Under the pieces are notes generated by a model. That model did not search any database, had not been told where the DNA came from, and saw nothing but the letters and a program-made list of their open reading frames with translations. A program made the translations under genes and the position numbers. From Botryllus schlosseri (lineage: Eukaryota), in contig CM119386.1 in assembly GCA_051294905.1 (NCBI GenBank), positions 3,162,001-3,226,000 of the forward strand: DNA of 64,000 nt. Direction: 5' to 3'. How positions within the stretch are numbered: the first letter of the stretch is position 1; each line of letters begins with the position of its first letter. Shown here piece after piece: positions 22,283 to 34,366 of this stretch.

Positions 22283-22849
22283 GAGCATGGACCGGAGCCG
22301 GATTGGATATCCGGCCGGATTTTTTAAATTTTGGGCCGACCGTATCGGAGCCGGATCAGTACTTTTTTGATATGGCCAGATTCTTTATGGGTAAGCATGA
22401 CTTTTATAACTAAATAACTACCAACCAAACACACACAAGTAACATCCAAGCCTGTGCGAAAATAAACGAGGCATATTTATAAATTCACGGAACCCCCGTA
22501 CCGTGTAGGGCCGGATTTCTGGCCGGACTTCTACATTTTTGGCCGGAGCCGGATTGGAGCCGGATCAGTACTTTTTCTTGATACAGTCGGAGCCGGACCG
22601 GAGCCGAGAGAGAGAGAGAGAGAGAGATTTATTGATTTGTCCAACCGTAAAGAAAAAACATCATTGGCTCATGAAACAACAATAAATGGACTTAACGGTA
22701 TAGGACAGGGTGTGACCGATATGACTCTGGGTAGGGTCAACTAGTCTGATCACACCCTGCATTAACAAATACAGATAGCCTATTGTGTCATAAATTTGGA
22801 CCAGATAATTGAACAACCGGATTGGAGCCGGACCAGAAAATGCATGCTC
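22283..22849. mobile_element. CCGGAG-repeat MITE interrupted by a family B retroposon
   Basis: Ends GAGCATG / CATGCTC; GGAGCCGGA(TTGG) units on both sides of 22606-22790. Confidence 0.65.
22606..22790 (-). mobile_element. (CT)n-tailed retroposon, family B variant
   Basis: GA tail, TTTATT, conserved box CTAGTCTGATCACACC at 22741-22756; body differs from the other B copies. Confidence 0.7.
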
Positions 22850-22967
22850 ATTTTTCGGTTCCCAATATTTGGGGGGCGATGATCGGTGTGGAGCTGGAAA
22901 TGGGGCCGATGAGTCGGAAAAGGTTGGGTGCCACTGGCCTAAAGGAAAAAGTGGACGAACGTTATCC

Positions 22968-23140
22968 GAGAGAGAGAGAGAGAGAGTCTTTATTTTCATC
23001 GAACCAAAATACATAACAAACGGCAGTGATGGTGGTACAGAAAATATGCGTGTACACTGTACAGTATTCGGTATTAGATAGGAATGATCGATAAGACCGT
23101 GAAGGTCATCTAGTCTGATCACACCAGCATCAAACAGGTA
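22968..23140 (-). mobile_element. (CT)n-tailed retroposon, family B
   Basis: GA tail, TCTTTATT, box at 23110-23125; collinear with 2627-2793. Confidence 0.8.
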
Positions 23141-23227
23141 CACTTGACTCAGAACAGTCTGGCTGTAAAAAAATGTTTAGTTAGGAAAGGAAAATAGAAA
23201 AAAAAATTAAACAATGGTAGCAAATGA

Positions 23228-23497
23228 TCAAGATTACCGGACCAAGACTGACCTATCGATCTCGCTTCCCATGACATGCCGCCCTATTTCTTGTCGCTTT
23301 CTTTTTCTATACTGTATTCTTTACTTTCATTCAGTGTGCATGCCTCCTCTTTACTACGCCTAGGCCAAGGTGGGTGTCCGATTCCATTGACAAATCCAAG
23401 TCGCTTCGACATCTTCCTGTCTATTCATTGTATCGCATTTTTTGTGGTGTATTGAACTGATAAAATTGCTAATAAACCAATGATGAAAAATGATGAA
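23228..23497 (+). mobile_element. Family A retroposon (young)
   Basis: Near-identical to 4831-5104 from TCAAGATTACCGGACCA to AATAAACCAATGATG. Confidence 0.85.
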
Positions 23498-23671
23498 GCA
23501 ATGTCTGGGCGAGGTAGGGCAACAGTGGAGGAGCGTTGGTGTCCTTAGGTTTCAAATGACTAAGGATTGACGTTTCAAATAACCAACAACATTGCCAACG
23601 ATCAAGGATTGATTCGACACTGTAACATTCCTTGGTCAATCACAACGTAAGGTCAGGAACACTGAGCATTG

Positions 23672-24654
23672 AATTACTTCGTTTCCATGCTCGGCCGATG
23701 GGCCTCTTTTCGAGAGACTCGTCCGACGAACGAGAGAATTTTGTTGCGCATTCACAGATTGCACACCCACGTCGGCCGAGAGTCGGCCGACGAGTCGGCC
23801 GACGAATGAAAGCTTCGGCTTAGCCCTTCGGCCATACTTGCGTTGTGTCCTCGACTAGCGAATTGGTATTCGCTACTTACAATACGCTTTTCGTATATAA
23901 TTAACTATGGCTGCACTCCGGACGGATCTTGGACGCGTTGAAAAACCCGGAATTTAATTATGATTGCAATGGAATAAAGTAGTACCGGTACTGCTACGAA
24001 TTACCCGTAGGCTACCGAAATCTTCGCGATCTGATCACGTACGCTGCTGCCACAATTCGAGGGTTTGTGTTCTGGTGCATGGGTACAACACAAACTGTAC
24101 ATTTTGACCACAAACTAGGTGATCTTATTCACATTCCCCTTGTAAGCAAATCATCAACAGGACACTGGAAGTTCATGTGTGGATCATGACGACGAAACAG
24201 TAGTACCGGTAGACTACTGGACAAGTTATTATTCTGTGCTCGAAATTATTGGACCCCGATATCCCATAGAATATCTATATCCCCCACATACTAAGATATG
24301 CCACCAATTTTCATCTTTTTTCCATTTTATTTTATCTTCTGTTCATCATGACCATTTTACATGTTGGATGGATTTAGGCCTACGTGTTCAAGGTCAAAGC
24401 GTGTTGTTTGATTGAATGACCGCTACAAGTCATCTCGGCTCATTCCTCCCGAGTCATTTTATCGCAATCCTGTGATTATTATGAAATTATTACTTAGTAA
24501 GCAAGCCAAAAACTTTATCGCGAACGCTTCGCCCACCTAGTTCGGTGAAGTCACGGTCGGATTACGCCTAGTCATGGAAACACGGCCGACATGTACAACG
24601 CATGCGTCATGGCCTTTCGGCCGACAGTCGGCCGAGCATGGAAACGAAGTAATT
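23672..24654. mobile_element. Non-autonomous DNA transposon, possibly PIF/Harbinger-like
   Basis: Perfect 27-bp TIR AATTACTTCGTTTCCATGCTCGGCCGA; TCGGCCGA subterminal repeats; TSD ambiguous (TA or AATT). Confidence 0.75.
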
Positions 24655-24752
24655 GATCCTATCGAGCCATCTGGAGGTAGCGTCATGCTTGACATATTTT
24701 AGATACCAATGTTTTGGTTCACTGATTCTCGGCGTTGTTGTTGCCAAGTACC

Positions 24753-24804
24753 GACAGACTACACAGATAACTAACCTCCGTAGGTTAATTATCTATAGAC
24801 AGAC
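24753..24804. repeat. Micro-hairpin element flanked by GACAGAC direct repeats
   Basis: GACAGAC-[TACACAGATAACTAACCTCCGTAGGTTAATTATCTATA]-GACAGAC. Confidence 0.65.
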
Positions 24805-25955
24805 ACGGGTGATCATTATCAAACTTATTGTGATTACTGCTGCTGTGACTATTGCGTAATGAGCGCGGTTTGATAGAATTGAAGTTGTTGGGTTGCATTA
24901 CAATTTAACACTCTGTTCCTACAGCAGCATATGATTTATGGGTGAAGAGTTTTATGTCCCAGTTACGGAAATGTAGATCCATTGGTTTTTGTTTGCCCGA
25001 CCGACTGGCAAACTGGAAACACTGCTTGTTTTCGGCAATAAGTTGCGCGTCGCAAAACGGAAACGCTTAGAAAAATGAAGTAATTTAACGGAACATAAAT
25101 AACAATCGTCCTTCAACTCGTCATTAAATGCGCGTGTTCAAAGATTTGCATTTCGTCATGTTGATGAACTCTAGTAAGTACACCGGTTCACTAAACCTAC
25201 TCACTGGATGTACTTTCACAAAAAGTAGCAATGTTAACAGCTTGAACAAAATGCAAACAAACTGGATACATCATGCTTGAATATTGGTGTAGACATGAAA
25301 ACTATTTATGAATGACATGTAATCTTGTGGTGTATTGATCTGATAAAATTTTTGCTGAACTGAACCGTTTATTTTATACTTCTATTGTTACGTTAGTTCC
25401 CAGATGACAGCGAGATTAAAACTGTTTTCGTTACACAGCCCTGCAGCAATATGACACATCCCTCCGATAGTGCTTGAGACTACGGTACTCTCAGCCACAC
25501 TATGGTAGCATCTTTCTACTGGCATGTATTGTGGTACATACGGTAGATATAATTTAGCTGTAAAATATAAATATTTAATTGTAATGTGATCACGTAACTT
25601 TGTAACATAACTGAAATTGGATACAGCTTTTGTATAAGTCCCTTGTTCGTAATGAATAAATAATGATGGTTTTATGTCATTCAGAATCAAGGACATGTCT
25701 AATGGATTCGGATTTAATATCATGGACTCCAGCTAAATCAATCTTGTTGTTGCTGGCAATCAGTTTCATTGTTATGATCATATAGTCATTGAAGTCTATT
25801 TACAACTGGGATTGGATTCAACTGCTTTCTTGGTCTTCGGAAAAATTGTTATCCAAAATTTGCTTCTGAAATAACTGTTAGGTGCAGTTGACTTGCTTGC
25901 TACAATTTTATATGCTCACTTATCCTATAGTTTATGTACTAATTGCTTCAATGTG

Positions 25956-28900
25956 ATGGAAGTGGAGGGCCCTATTGAAAACGACATTCATCAGGAACCA
26001 GAATACGATGAGGACAGTGCTATCATGCACTTCACGCTCCGCGGAGATCTGGAATTACTAACATCGTGAGTTGATATCACTGAAACTTTTGTTCAAATTT
26101 ATGTTTGTTCATTGCTTAAAAGCAAGTGTTCAAGTGGCTGCACGAGTGACTTTTGAGGACTTTTAGACTAGCCTAGAGTTGCCATATTTTCGTAGCCCCA
26201 AATCGGAACATTATTTAGCGCAGTGGTTCTCATAAGGGCTATTTTTAGCATCAATTTTACGGACCGGGGAACCTTCTAAAATCTAAATTAACGGAAAATG
26301 CAATTATGACAAAAGTATGCAACGTAAAATATTAAAAACTTCTTTTTGATATTACACATGTTATATGTGGTTTTATTGATGTTTCTGCAAGGTGAAGTTC
26401 TTTTAAAAACCACTGGCTTGATTTGGATTGCTCGTTTTCTTTTGCTGGCCTAGGTATTATACTGACAAATGTCAGTTCAGTAATTTGTATTTCTGAAATT
26501 GTAGAAATTTCATTTAAAATATTTTCTCAGCAAGTTGTAGGCTACTTTTCAACCGTTTGATACAACACTTTGAGCATTATGAAGTGCCCGAAATCCAAAG
26601 TAGACCCTGACCTCTATATTACGACACATTGCATAATATATGCTTCAAATTCCTAAATTAATTGAATTAATTCCAACTTTGATGTTACATTTCTCTTATT
26701 AACGGACGAGTCTTCATTCTTACACTTTCCAATTGAGAACAGATGGTGTAGTGTACTGTATACTGTGTGTACTTCATTGTCGTGCAATGAAGAGAATGGG
26801 CTCCTCCATTCTAGAGCTGGGGTGCTCATAACTTCGATCCAAGTATATTGCGTGACCCTTTGGTAAATTGCAATATAGTTTCGGCAGACTGGACAGCTCA
26901 TAACAGGTGAAATGGGTGATATCAACACCAATTAGTAGTTTTCGCCTTTTCGGCACAAAGAATACCACACTGTGATGGCAGCAAAGCAAAAATTAGGGCT
27001 TAGAAAGAGTGATGACTAGGGCGATTTTTTGTTTGGCATGTCAAAATAAGTCAAAATTGAAGCATGAGGTCAAAAAATTGTCAAAATTGTTTACAAAGTC
27101 AAGATTTGTTAGACCATTGCATTTCGTTTGTATCATAGGTGAACTTATCAATTTATATTTTACAGCTTGTAGCCCACTATATTTTGATTTTTTAGGTCAA
27201 AATCATCCGTTTTTTGGGTAAAAAATATCGCCTCAGTGATCTGATCACTTTTTATTTTTAGTAAGCAGGTAGGCCTATGATAGATCTAGTGCAGCCAAAG
27301 CTTAAGCACTCCTGTTCTAGAAATTTTGATGGTCATAGTTATGACGTCACGTCATTTTCAGAATGCTTTTCTTTTCACTGATGTTCTGATGTAACGATAC
27401 TGGGTATCTTGTTTCAGATTTTTCGACGAGTCTGGCGACTTGGATCATGACCAGATAATTGAACAATTGAATCATAGAAACGATGTTGGAAAGACTCCTC
27501 TTGAGATGGCTTGCGTGCTCAGTAAAGATGGAGTCCTTTCAGAACTAATCAAAAGAGGTGCAGACGTCAACCTACGAACGAGTAACGGTGCGTGAAGTGA
27601 CAGTTTTATTTAAGACGGTACACTCAATTCATGCTTGGTCATCGCTCAATCTCCGTTGAGCCACATTCATTGAATTAACCTTCAACTTTCAGTTCGACTT
27701 TTCAAACGATGTCAAAATAACTGCAGTCATCTTGAAAATTTACTAAAGCTCCAGCTAAATCTCATAGCGTCTGAGTAGCTGCCATGGCCAATCTAGAGTC
27801 AATTACATTTCAAAACTCTTGACGATCAGGCTGGGTATAGATGTGGGATAAGCTAAAGGTCTCACGGATGTCATGTTAACACTTACATGCCAATTGCCTA
27901 CCTATCAAATACATATCTGGCACCCGCTTGCATATAATATTATTTGTGTGGGTATGGTGTTTCAAGCAGACTAATCTATCTTGTCTCAGGCAATATCCAA
28001 TTTTCCATTTATGGGGATTTTTCAGGCACAATACCTATTTCAAAAACATACCAAAGCAGGCCTCGTAAAAATTACACGGGCATGCTCATTGCTCAAGACA
28101 CAGCGGTTGCACTGACAAGCAATGGTTAACTCAATCTCTTCATTACTCGTCGATTTGTGAAACATAATCATCCCAAGACCAACCTGTTGTGACGAAGGGG
28201 GGTTTTCCATTAAATTCCATTTGCACTGTTTAAACTTGAACAATGAAACTATGATTTGAAAACCATGCAAAATTGTCCACGTGGCACTGGAATATTCAAA
28301 ACTCATTATTAACCAAGGTTTGATTTTTAATGTCTTGACCCCAGTATATACACTTTTTTGTTGGCCTTGCACCCGGAATTATGGGACTGGTTTTTATATT
28401 TTAGCATTGTAATGTGAATCTACCTAACTTGCGACCTGTGACACCCTATAACTCGAATTTGCGATGAATTAAATATACCACTGTCAATCAATTTGATCAT
28501 GCTCACGTTTTTGAAATGATTAGGCCCAAACTGACAGACTGGACTGTGGACATGATGATAGTGAAAGTTATTGCATCCGTGGAATGGTTTCTTGATATTC
28601 TCACTAAATATTCCACAATAATCACACTACCCAACCTGCAAGAATACATGCATTTAAACTCGATGACTTTTCGGGTACCTCAGCACACAAGAGGTTGAAA
28701 AGTCACAAACTTTTGAATCTGTCCGAATTTCTGTTAGTGTGTCGATAACACATGTTAAGAGGTACCCGAAAATTCTTTGAGTTTGCATACATGTATTGCA
28801 ATGGATGTTGTGACGAAAGCTATCTTCAAATTCTGCACCAAACCCAGCTATTTGAATATTCTAACTTCTTCTTGTTCAGGCTATACTCCACTTCACATCG

Positions 28901-31900
28901 CAGCATGTTGGGGATCCCGACCGTGTCTGGAAGTCCTCGTTGAAAACGGCGCGGACCTCAACGCGAGAAATAAATATGGCGAAACGGCGAGACATTCCGC
29001 CATTCGGTACGGTATGGAGGAATGTATACAATATCTGGACTGGGCAGGTTCGATTTTATTTGCCGCATCTTCTGGATTTTCTTGATTGCACCAAAATACT
29101 GATACTTAATACAGAGATGGTCAGTAGGCTAACGAAGTACTTCTACTTTTATGGAGTACTCAAATAAGTTTTGCCTACGTTCAACACTGGGTAGCACTTC
29201 TAGAATTAAAATTATATTATTCAATTGTATACTGAAGTACTATACCCCCAAGATTCTCTCGTACTACTCCTGTATCACGGCTACTGATTATCGCTTGTCT
29301 GCTCTGGCTTTGTTACGGCCCAGGCACGACTTTTTTCGCTGCCGACACACAACGCACTGGGCATGTTGCCTAGGATTGAGCTTCGACTTACAGTCGAGAT
29401 CGTGAGCAGGGCTCAGGCTGTAGACGGGAGCGTTACTTTTACATCAAGGTAGCTATTGCTGGAGCATTTAACATATAACTCGTTTTCCGAACTGTAGAGG
29501 CTGAGGAAATCGTTGATGGCGAGAAGAATGAAGTCAAAAAAAAGTGACAGGATCTATCTATCGACTGATGTGTGCAGGGAATACCGCCGGTGCAGAAAAG
29601 TTCCTTACATATTGAATATTGAATGGATTTATATTCAGCAGAAAGCAGATTTCTAGTGAATTTTTATGCATTTATTTCAGTTCAGGGTATTAATATATGA
29701 AGATATTTTGTAAGTTGGCACTTATCTCAGATTGTTTTGTAGGTGAGGTGAAAACAGGGCTTGTCATCTCTAACAGAATCCCATTCCAAGTTGGTTAGTC
29801 CTGTAACAACTATCTTCTACCTCATACAACAGCGGGAGTTCAATTATCTTATTAAGAAAAGAATATCAATCGTGGGTCGGAAGTGTAGCCAGAAAGAAAT
29901 TGAGTAGAGGCAAGCGGATTTTCTACAGCTATTATTGTCGAATAGTATCACGCCGATGTCGCAGGTCTATATTTTCCAGTCTTGATCAGAACATGCATTT
30001 CCTCAGTTGTATTGATATTTAGTGCTAAGTTACTTCGATTGAAAGGACAGTGCTGTGAATGAAGATGACAAGACTACAACCAACATGTGTTAGTCTATGC
30101 AGTTCAGTGATACACCAGATGTCACATACCCCCCAGCTGTTTCCTATTAAGGTTTACCACTATATACCTAATGAAATCTGATCACTGGGGTCTTGTTGCT
30201 GGTGACTCAACGTCTAAAATTAATGAACTCGATAGAAACCGGAAGCGACTGTCATAGGAATTGCAAATGTGTTAATATTCGGCATGAACTCGTCCCCTCC
30301 CCTATATAAGAATAGAATATGATCTTTGAACTTGATCACATACCTGATGAGGCTGTAAAATAGTGAATGGATTTGGTCTGAAATTTGCCATGTTACTAAG
30401 CTGTCGACTTGACTTAACTCTCAGTCTTACTATAGCGATCATGATGCATCTCAAGGTATCGAAGATATAGGGCAGTGGCTCCCAAAGTTTACTTCAACGC
30501 GATCCTTTGGGCACTGAAAAAATATTCAAATTTGAAAATTCTTTCGACCCCAGCGATGTTGATATATAAAAAGTCATTTAAATTATTCATCAAATCAGTC
30601 CACAATCACATTAATGAGAATGATAGGCTCGTTTGCCATTAGTATGCTTTGGTATAAGTGCCTTTTCAAATCGTAGGTAAGTTTCAAATACCAACTCCAG
30701 ATGATGCGTTCAGCACACATCGCTCTGAATCGATTGTATCGAAGTCAAGTTTTAGCTATTGGCATCAACTTCCGAATTGCGACATGTGAAGCAATTCGTT
30801 AAAGTGTGACCGTTGCACCTTGTATAGCCTTTATTTGGCCCACAAACTTGATATCTACATTGTATTTTAGCTCAGAAAATATATATGAGAGGCTGCTTTC
30901 ATCAGATCTTACATCAGATCTTCCACTAGATGGCCACGGAGGCCAATGGAAGTCAGTGTAGCTTAGGGTTACCATACGTCCTCCTTTTTCAGGTTTTTGA
31001 AAATGTTCTCCGAAAAAGGTGTCCTCCTTTCCCGATTCCAAAATATGGTAGCCCCACTGTAGCCAAACCACTGTCCACATATGGATATATTATTCAATCG
31101 TTTTCTTCCGTTACGGGCCAGTTCTGCGTCATATTTGATCACAAACTTACGACGCACCAGCCACCAAACTACTTCGTCAAGGCACAATATTTCTCAACTG
31201 ACCTGGTTGCACAGCTCTGATTTGGTTCATTTCCATTTTCGACCATATCATTCTGAATTTCCCACGTTCATTTTTTTTTCAAGTTACTATGCGAGCGATC
31301 TTTTACGTCACCGTTTTAAAAACGAAATTTTCCATTTCATTTGCATTTTTCAAGTGTTTCAGTGAAAGCGACTCAGAAAAATTTATGGAAGATATTAGGT
31401 ATAGATTCGTATACTTTCCGTAATCGAGAAGATTGACTGTTACCGCCCGACTCAAATCACATTAAAATCAATACTTGACTCGGATTCCCGTACACGAAGA
31501 CTATTAACCGAGGTTATCTGCTTGTCTTTTATAGACGCGCGCAAAACGTTGAAGGATTTGATAGCACAACTTCGTGAAATGCTCTCAGACCCAGAAAAGC
31601 TACAAGGTGTGAAGCTAACCAAAGACGAAAAAGTAAGATTCGTGATCCTTATGAGAGGAGTCCAAAAAATATTTTACAGACCTTTTACTGCAGTGAAATT
31701 ATTTAAGTCTAATGTCATTTCAACGGTTATAGATCGCGATTTGTCGTTATTTACGTGGGAAGTCTGGAAATTCGTGTCATGTCAATAATTTGATCACCTC
31801 TCGTATATCTATTATCTTTCCTAAATCCTTTTCCTGCAGTCTACATGTATTTCGCAACACCATCTGCGATTTAGTGCTATTTGCCGTTGTATCGATCCCC

Positions 31901-32237
31901 TCGTGTGCCTACTGTGGTGTCGTTACTGATGAATTGGAAAGCATCATGTCATGAAGGCATAGTCGTAGGACACCCTTGTTGACTTGTGACGATATTACTA
32001 ATCAGAAATTAATAATCAACGAAATATCGTTCCACGAAATTTAGACCAAGCCCATTCCCTGCATCACAAGCTAACTGAACAGGCATTTATGGATTTAGAG
32101 CACTGTGGTATCCGCGTGTAACGAAAAACAAGAATGGATAGATACTAATCCAGAAGCTACCGCGTCAGATTTTCTGCTTAAAAAGGCTGAACTGGAGAAG
32201 GACGTGGAAGCTGTAACTACGAAAGTAAACTCACCAC
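25956..32237 (+). CDS. ANKRD45: Ankyrin repeat domain-containing protein 45 (exons 1-5; terminal exon not identified)
   Basis: Exons 25956-26065, 27418-27587, 28880-29047, 31535-31632, 32099-32237, GT-AG, phases 2,1,1,0. Sequence GYTPLHIAACWG..CIQYLDWA|DARKTLK..SDPEK..DEK|STVVSACNEKQEW parallels recalled ANKRD45 (GYTLLHCAAAWG..CVEFLDWADARLTLK..EDKNTILSAC). Confidence 0.88.
26221..26415. mobile_element. Charlie-like MITE (old)
   Basis: CAGTGGTT / AACCACTG ends; no TSD match. Confidence 0.5.
27017..27235. mobile_element. hAT-like MITE (old)
   Basis: TAGGGCGATTTTT / AAATATCGCCTCA; flanks share GTGAT. Confidence 0.45.
27418..27587 (+). CDS. ANKRD45: ANKRD45 exon 2
   Basis: GKTPLEMAC..LIKRGADVN ankyrin repeat; acceptor TTTCAG, donor G|GTGCGT. 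Confidence 0.9.
28880..29047 (+). CDS. ANKRD45: ANKRD45 exon 3
   Basis: YTPLHIAA..LVENGADLNARNKYGETA ankyrin repeats. Confidence 0.92.
29250..30350 (-). pseudogene. Heavily decayed LINE RT in ANKRD45 intron 3
   Basis: Ordered minus-strand remnants KTGKYRP, FRPTIDILFL, GGIP, LLAINDFLS..LYV, with many stops and frameshifts. Confidence 0.5.
30964..31056. mobile_element. 93-bp hAT-Blackjack-like MITE
   Basis: TAGGGTTACCATACGTCC / TATGGTAGCCCCA; TSD GTGTAGCT/CTGTAGCC. Confidence 0.75.
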
Positions 32238-34310
32238 GTAAGTTGATACGAACGCGTCACCTCGACCAGTAGAGTTTAGGGTGCAAGCCCTGAGTTATTT
32301 ACATCCAATGCTTTGATAGTCATTACTGTCCTATTGATTCATTTATGTAGAACGCCACCTGTAATGTCCATAATCGAATGAAAGCCTCGGAAGCTGCACT
32401 CTTATGTTTACTGGCAGAATACGACACCTGACCAATGACCATGACCACTGACCATTCAGAGATGCGTGCGAAGGCGCCGTCGCCACTCATTGTATATGAT
32501 ACAATTACGTTCAAATCAATTATTATAGTCCATTTACAGGATTTTGGTCACATGATTGGTTGCGAACAGCAACAATCGACTGGTTAGCAAGCCAACAACC
32601 TCTTCGCGGTCTAATATCACGGCCCAAACTCATTCTACCGTTGTTTCAAATAGATCTACATATCATGCAGGTTGTATAGTGACACGTGAATGCACGATAA
32701 AAGAAATATCGGCGTATTTATGGATAAGGAGTTGTGCAGGAGGGTGGAGTGAAAAATATTTATAAAATTGAATTACAAAAAGTGATCTTAATATATGGTG
32801 CCAAATATCAATTGTAAACAATATTGCCATCATGATCTTGTGTTCTTGCACCCTCTAGTGGCCTTGCAAATCAAACGACAATAGCTAATTTTGCCATATC
32901 TTGATAACCGCTTACTCTAAAAAGCTAGTTTTGGGCTTAAGAGTTGCAGAGCTAGCATGTTTCTATCTCACTTGCATAGAACTTTGTCATGAAGTCCCCT
33001 TCAAGTATAAATACGGCTCGGGCTTCGAATAGCGACTGCTTGTACTGCGTGGTGGCCGTCAGTAGGCTACTCAGTAGCGACTTGCGACCTCACGATATCG
33101 ATACATTTAAGACAGTGACCGTCAATAGACTTGGACCAACAGACTTCTTAGTAAAAAGTTATTACCAACATACAATTTTAGGGTTTCTATCACACAACTC
33201 CATATTGGAAACGAAAAAATTTAATTTCAAATTCAAAGATTGTTTCAGTCGCGCAGTGGACAACGTTTATTCTGTAAAATGGCCAGGCTGGAAACCACCA
33301 GGAACGAAGTGGGGATATTGTTGGTGACTTCTAGTTAGTAGTTACCTATGTTAATGACTCCATGTCTATATATACCAATGAGCGACTAGTTTGATATCAG
33401 ATACATCATAATCTCTCCGGTTGATTCGTCGGATTTTAATCGAAGCCCTTGTTCGGATATGAAATCTCTATTTCCAATATAATTCGCTAAATACTGTTTC
33501 ACAGCACCGAATACAGGAAGTACAGGGAAAAAGTGAAGGATCGTGGAACGTCCATAAAATGACATGTCCAAAGCTTCTTCCATATTTGCTACCAAAGCTT
33601 TATTTTTTTATTTATGAATATACATATATTTTACATAAAAGACTCTTCATTGTGCTGGGCATGGTTTACCTATGTTGATAGTTGGCACGGAGCCTACGAG
33701 ACTTTTATAGGGAATGACGTGCCAATGAAGTTCTGCGCTACAATCGAGTAGGCGTCAAGTAACAATGAATACGCCACAGTAAGGTTTTCGTTTCTGTTCA
33801 TAAAACCATGGAAAACCAGTTTTCCATGATAAAACCTACCGATAGATATCTGTCATGGACTGACGTCATATCGATAACCTTTACTTGTAATTTGGCCTGT
33901 CTTACATCTCTATAGTGACGCTGGTAATATACCGGTATAGTCGAGGGGCGAGACAGCGTAGTGGTATGATACGCAGGTGTAACACCAATGGGTTGCGGGC
34001 TCAAGTCCGAGCCCACAATTCCTACCCAAGTGTTGGAGGATCTAAGCTCCTCGTCATCTCATTCGTGCACGCGGTGTGTTATAAAAGCCTAGAAGCTGGC
34101 CGTGCTACAAGTCAGCAGCTACAGAATAAAATTGAAGAAAATTGACTAGGTATAAATCACAATCGTAGTTGACGAACACCACGAATAGGCGTCCACGCAG
34201 AACCTTTATGAACCTTATGTCGATAGTCGATATTGGTCAAAAAGTACATCGCCTTAAGGCGAAAATCACGATACTAATCAGACAAGCTATCCATAAGTGT
34301 TGTGGTGACT

Positions 34311-34366
34311 GACAAACTATAGATAACTAAGGTAAACCTTAGTACCTTAGTTATCTATAGACAAAC
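34311..34366. repeat. Micro-hairpin element flanked by GACAAAC direct repeats
   Basis: 18-bp perfect stem CTATAGATAACTAAGGTA / TACCTTAGTTATCTATAG with an 8-nt loop. Confidence 0.75.

Noticed and set aside
22799-22816. 18-bp exact match to ANKRD45 exon 2 (27449-27466) next to a retroposon 5' end (template capture?)
   Set aside because: A single short AT-rich match is within plausible chance for a 64-kb window.
23501-23516. ATGTCTGGGCGAGGTA (histone-like MSGRG), also on minus at 42976-42991
   Set aside because: Neither frame continues as a histone; treated as chance.
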